A stretch of DNA of 63,093 nt, counting the filler, from Globobulimina sp. (lineage: Eukaryota), in assembly GCA_003354225.1 (NCBI GenBank). It is 25 parts of 25 records of this genome, joined end to end, with 100 filler letters (N's around TTAATTAATTAA, not from the genome) between each part and the next. Parts side by side here need not be neighbours in the genome. Positions count along the whole stretch, not along the records: positions 60,668 to 63,093 come from PIVH01006745.1; 24 more parts are not named here. One strand, written 5' to 3'. A program made the translations under genes and the position numbers. Below the pieces are notes generated by a model. It was not told the origin of the DNA, did no database searches, and saw only the letters and a program-made list of their open reading frames with translations. Below are positions 60,568 to 63,093 of this stretch, one piece after another; positions within the stretch are counted from its first letter, which is position 1, and each line of letters begins with the position of its first letter.

Positions 60568-60791
60568 NNNNNNNNNNNNNNNNNNNNNNNNNNNNNNNNN
60601 NNNNNNNNNNNTTAATTAATTAANNNNNNNNNNNNNNNNNNNNNNNNNNNNNNNNNNNNNNNNNNNNCTTGAATTAAAATGGCAACAGTATTTCTCCACT
60701 TATTTGCTCTGTTGACTCATTCCTTATATTGCACTCCAATCGCACCTGATTATTATCAAAAATATCACCAAATTCAAATTTCAAACATATG

Positions 60792-60857
60792 TGACTTTTT
60801 ACTTAGTTTTTAGGTTCACACTTCTAAACACTTCTTTTGTGATTGACTAAGTTTTTT
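60792..60857. mobile_element. Diverged terminus of the TGACTTTTT MITE family
   Basis: TGACTTTTT...TTTTAGGTTCACACTTCTAAACACTTCTTTTGTGATTG matches the TIR at 50852. Confidence 0.7.
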
Positions 60858-61087
60858 AAAGCTTTTTGCACCTACATTGCTACATTTAGGGATAGCGACC
60901 CGATCGCGCCCCTGCAAAAAACTTTAATAACACATTTGAAAATCTTGAATCTGATATTGTCCAAATTTTTTTGCAGCATTCTGTGCCAAATTTGCAGTAT
61001 TAAAAATGTTAGCAAAGCAAAAAATGTAGGCTAAAGTGTCAACAACAAACAGATAAAAAAAACGCATTCCTTCAAAATAGATTTTAT

Positions 61088-62157
61088 TTATGCTCCATGT
61101 AAATTTATTCTATGATCGACTTGAACAGCTTGATTTGCATCAAATGTATATAATTGTTTTGTTGGATTAGAACCTAATTCAATTTTAAAATTCCATGAAG
61201 TATTGCAATCTTTGACACTGGCATTGATTTGTTTAACTCCCTCAAAATCAATTTGATTGTGTCGCAATACAATTTTCCTTAAACATCTTTCTTTTTTTGC
61301 TCTATCATTCATATCATCCAAATATCCACCAATAGCGGCACAGCATTTATTTGTTAAACCATTATATGATAAGTCAATCTCTCGCAAATATGGCGTGTAA
61401 ACCAATAATGCTTGCAATAATTTATCAATATGACGATCTGAAAATTTATTATTTGATAAATCAATTCTTTCTAACAATTTAATAGGATAAATAGATTTCA
61501 TTTTTTCACTGTCATGACGCAATGACAGCGCTTCGATAATGAGTAGCAAATCAGCATCATTTATATCGTTATTATCAATCAATAATTCTTTTATTTCTGG
61601 CTGATATGGAAACACTTGTTTTAACCAAAATGCGCCTTCATAGCCAAAGTGTTGGTTATTTCCACTTAATATAACCGTCGATAACGATGACTTTGGCGAA
61701 CCGATAATCTCTGAGGACGTATTTAATCGCCACTGTAAATCTGTTATTAATCAGTTAGAAACATATAAAAAACAAAGAGGACAATAACCGACAATTAATA
61801 CATACATAGACGCAATGTGGTCCTTTGACAAACAGTCAAATTGGAAAATTTGGGTGTTTTTAAATCCATTACTTCTTTGTTGAATATTTTATTCATTGGA
61901 ATCAAACGTGCCATAGTTTGTGGTAAATGAGGGGATTTATCCAACATTTTGCTTGTAACCGAAACAATTAACATAGGCACATGACTAATATGCACTATTT
62001 CTCCTCGTATATAGCCACTAATTAACAAATCTGCCAAAGAAACTTCAGCAAACCGCACATTTGAATCAAATCGTACCTTTAAATCGGTTGCGTCAAATTC
62101 CTCCTTATAAAATAAGGGTCGCTGTTGTTGTTGTTTTGAGTTAGTTGACAGCGACAT
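61088..62157 (-). CDS. Leucine-rich repeat protein (RI-like), 2 exons
   Basis: IKELLIDNNDI, LERIDLSNNKF, LREIDLSYNGL and LRKIVLRHNQI. Intron 61741-61805. N-terminal LLISGYIR motif. Confidence 0.85.
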
Positions 62158-62282
62158 TGTGATTAAAAAAAACTTCAACTGCAGACTCTTAAATTGTGAC
62201 AAGCATATTAACTTTAATTAATTTCATACAACGTTACAAATTTAATTAATAACATCTAAATCTTTGTCATTTACAATATCAA

Positions 62283-63056
62283 TCAATTTGGTTTCTTTTT
62301 AGCAAACTGAAACGAAAATGGATTGATTGATATCGTCGCATTTGGCAACGATGCTTTTTGAACTTGCTGCGTTTGTTGTTGTTGTTGTTGTGGCGGTGTT
62401 TGTTGTTGTTGCGGTAATGTTTGGTGCTGTTGCGGTGACGGCCTTTGTTGCCGTTGCGGTGTTACTTGTTGTTGCGGTGTTTGTTGTTGTGGTGTCTGTT
62501 GTTGTTGTGGTGTCTGTTGTTGTTGCGGTGGCGGTCTTTGTTGCTGTGGAGGTATTAGCTTTAACGACGAAACAGAACCAGATGGTGATCGATGTTGCGG
62601 TGAATTTGTAGCTAAATTATAGCGATAATTAGTTGGCGGTGATGGAATAATATTAACCTGCGGTCGAAAGAAGGCAGCAGTCGCCGCAGACAATGTATGT
62701 CCGTGCGGTGGTGGTGGCGGTATAGCCGCCGGCAACGGATTGAATGCAGGATACATATATGGTTGATATGCCATTGCTGCTGCTTGCGGTATATACGGTT
62801 GTTGTTGCTGTACTGGTACAGGTTGTGGTTGTTGGGCATGTTGCTGTTGTTGGACATGTTGCTGTTGTTGGAATTGGAAATTCTGCCATGGCCACGACAT
62901 TGGATTACTATATCTCTGTCGTTTATTGTTATTATAATAATTGTTATTATAATACTTACGTTTATGTGGTGGATTATTCCTTTTCTGCCAATGCCTATTC
63001 CTATTATTCGCATTCATAGCTGTTGCATTTGTATTTGTTTGTCGCTCCACACTCAT
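62283..63056 (-). CDS. Gln/Pro/Asn-rich low-complexity protein
   Basis: 257-aa ORF with YYNNNYYNNN, poly-Q and QQQ(Q)TP repeats. Confidence 0.65.
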   Translation of the reverse strand: MSVERQTNTNATAMNANNRNRHWQKRNNPPHKRKYYNNNYYNNNKRQRYSNPMSWPWQNFQFQQQQHVQQQQHAQQPQPVPVQQQQPYIPQAAAMAYQPYMYPAFNPLPAAIPPPPPHGHTLSAATAAFFRPQVNIIPSPPTNYRYNLATNSPQHRSPSGSVSSLKLIPPQQQRPPPQQQQTPQQQQTPQQQTPQQQVTPQRQQRPSPQQHQTLPQQQQTPPQQQQQQTQQVQKASLPNATISINPFSFQFAKKKPN

Positions 63057-63093
63057 TGCTCTCCTCTGTCTCTTTTGTTTATCAATGCTGTTC

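Noticed and set aside
2431-60667. Regularly spaced TTAATTAATTAA palindromes as a biological repeat or array
   Set aside because: Always centred in 100-nt N-runs between size-sorted contigs; an artificial six-frame-stop linker. ORF tails such as XXXLIN are artefacts.
1-63093. Operon, gene cluster or defence island spanning neighbouring genes
   Set aside because: The contigs are unlinked and eukaryotic, so adjacency across linkers carries no information.

Overview
This window is not one continuous locus. It is 25 unrelated contigs of about 2.43 kb, ordered by decreasing length and joined by an artificial 100-nt linker (N-run + TTAATTAATTAA + N-run). The DNA is AT-rich, gene-dense and eukaryotic, uses the standard code, and has short spliceosomal introns (mostly 52-102 nt). 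The gene mix (TRAF zinc-finger, MATH, RCC1, LRR, 7TM-RGS, Cys-repeat/PT-repeat surface proteins) suggests a foraminiferan-like rhizarian protist; this is an inference. Recognisable genes are cytoplasmic dynein heavy chain, MINDY deubiquitinase, a SAPS/PP6R-like protein, MFS, DMT/SLC35 and AAAP transporters, an NRF-6-like acyltransferase, arylsulfatase, peptide deformylase, GST, the AOAH C-terminus, SURF1 and an MCTP-like C2 protein. The best leads are: (1) a plant-style PLS-class PPR protein with E1/E2 motifs and a degenerate DYW-like start; (2) a 200-bp MITE inserted in a PLAT-domain exon whose TSD supplies a possible splice donor, with relatives on two other contigs; (3) an 8-bp-TSD MITE nested inside a 122-bp-TIR element; (4) a 7TM-RGS protein with a split RGS domain; (5) several bacterial-style genes carrying eukaryotic features such as introns or a PTS1. 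All introns are predicted by eye from frame restoration, and gene neighbourhood means nothing across linkers.
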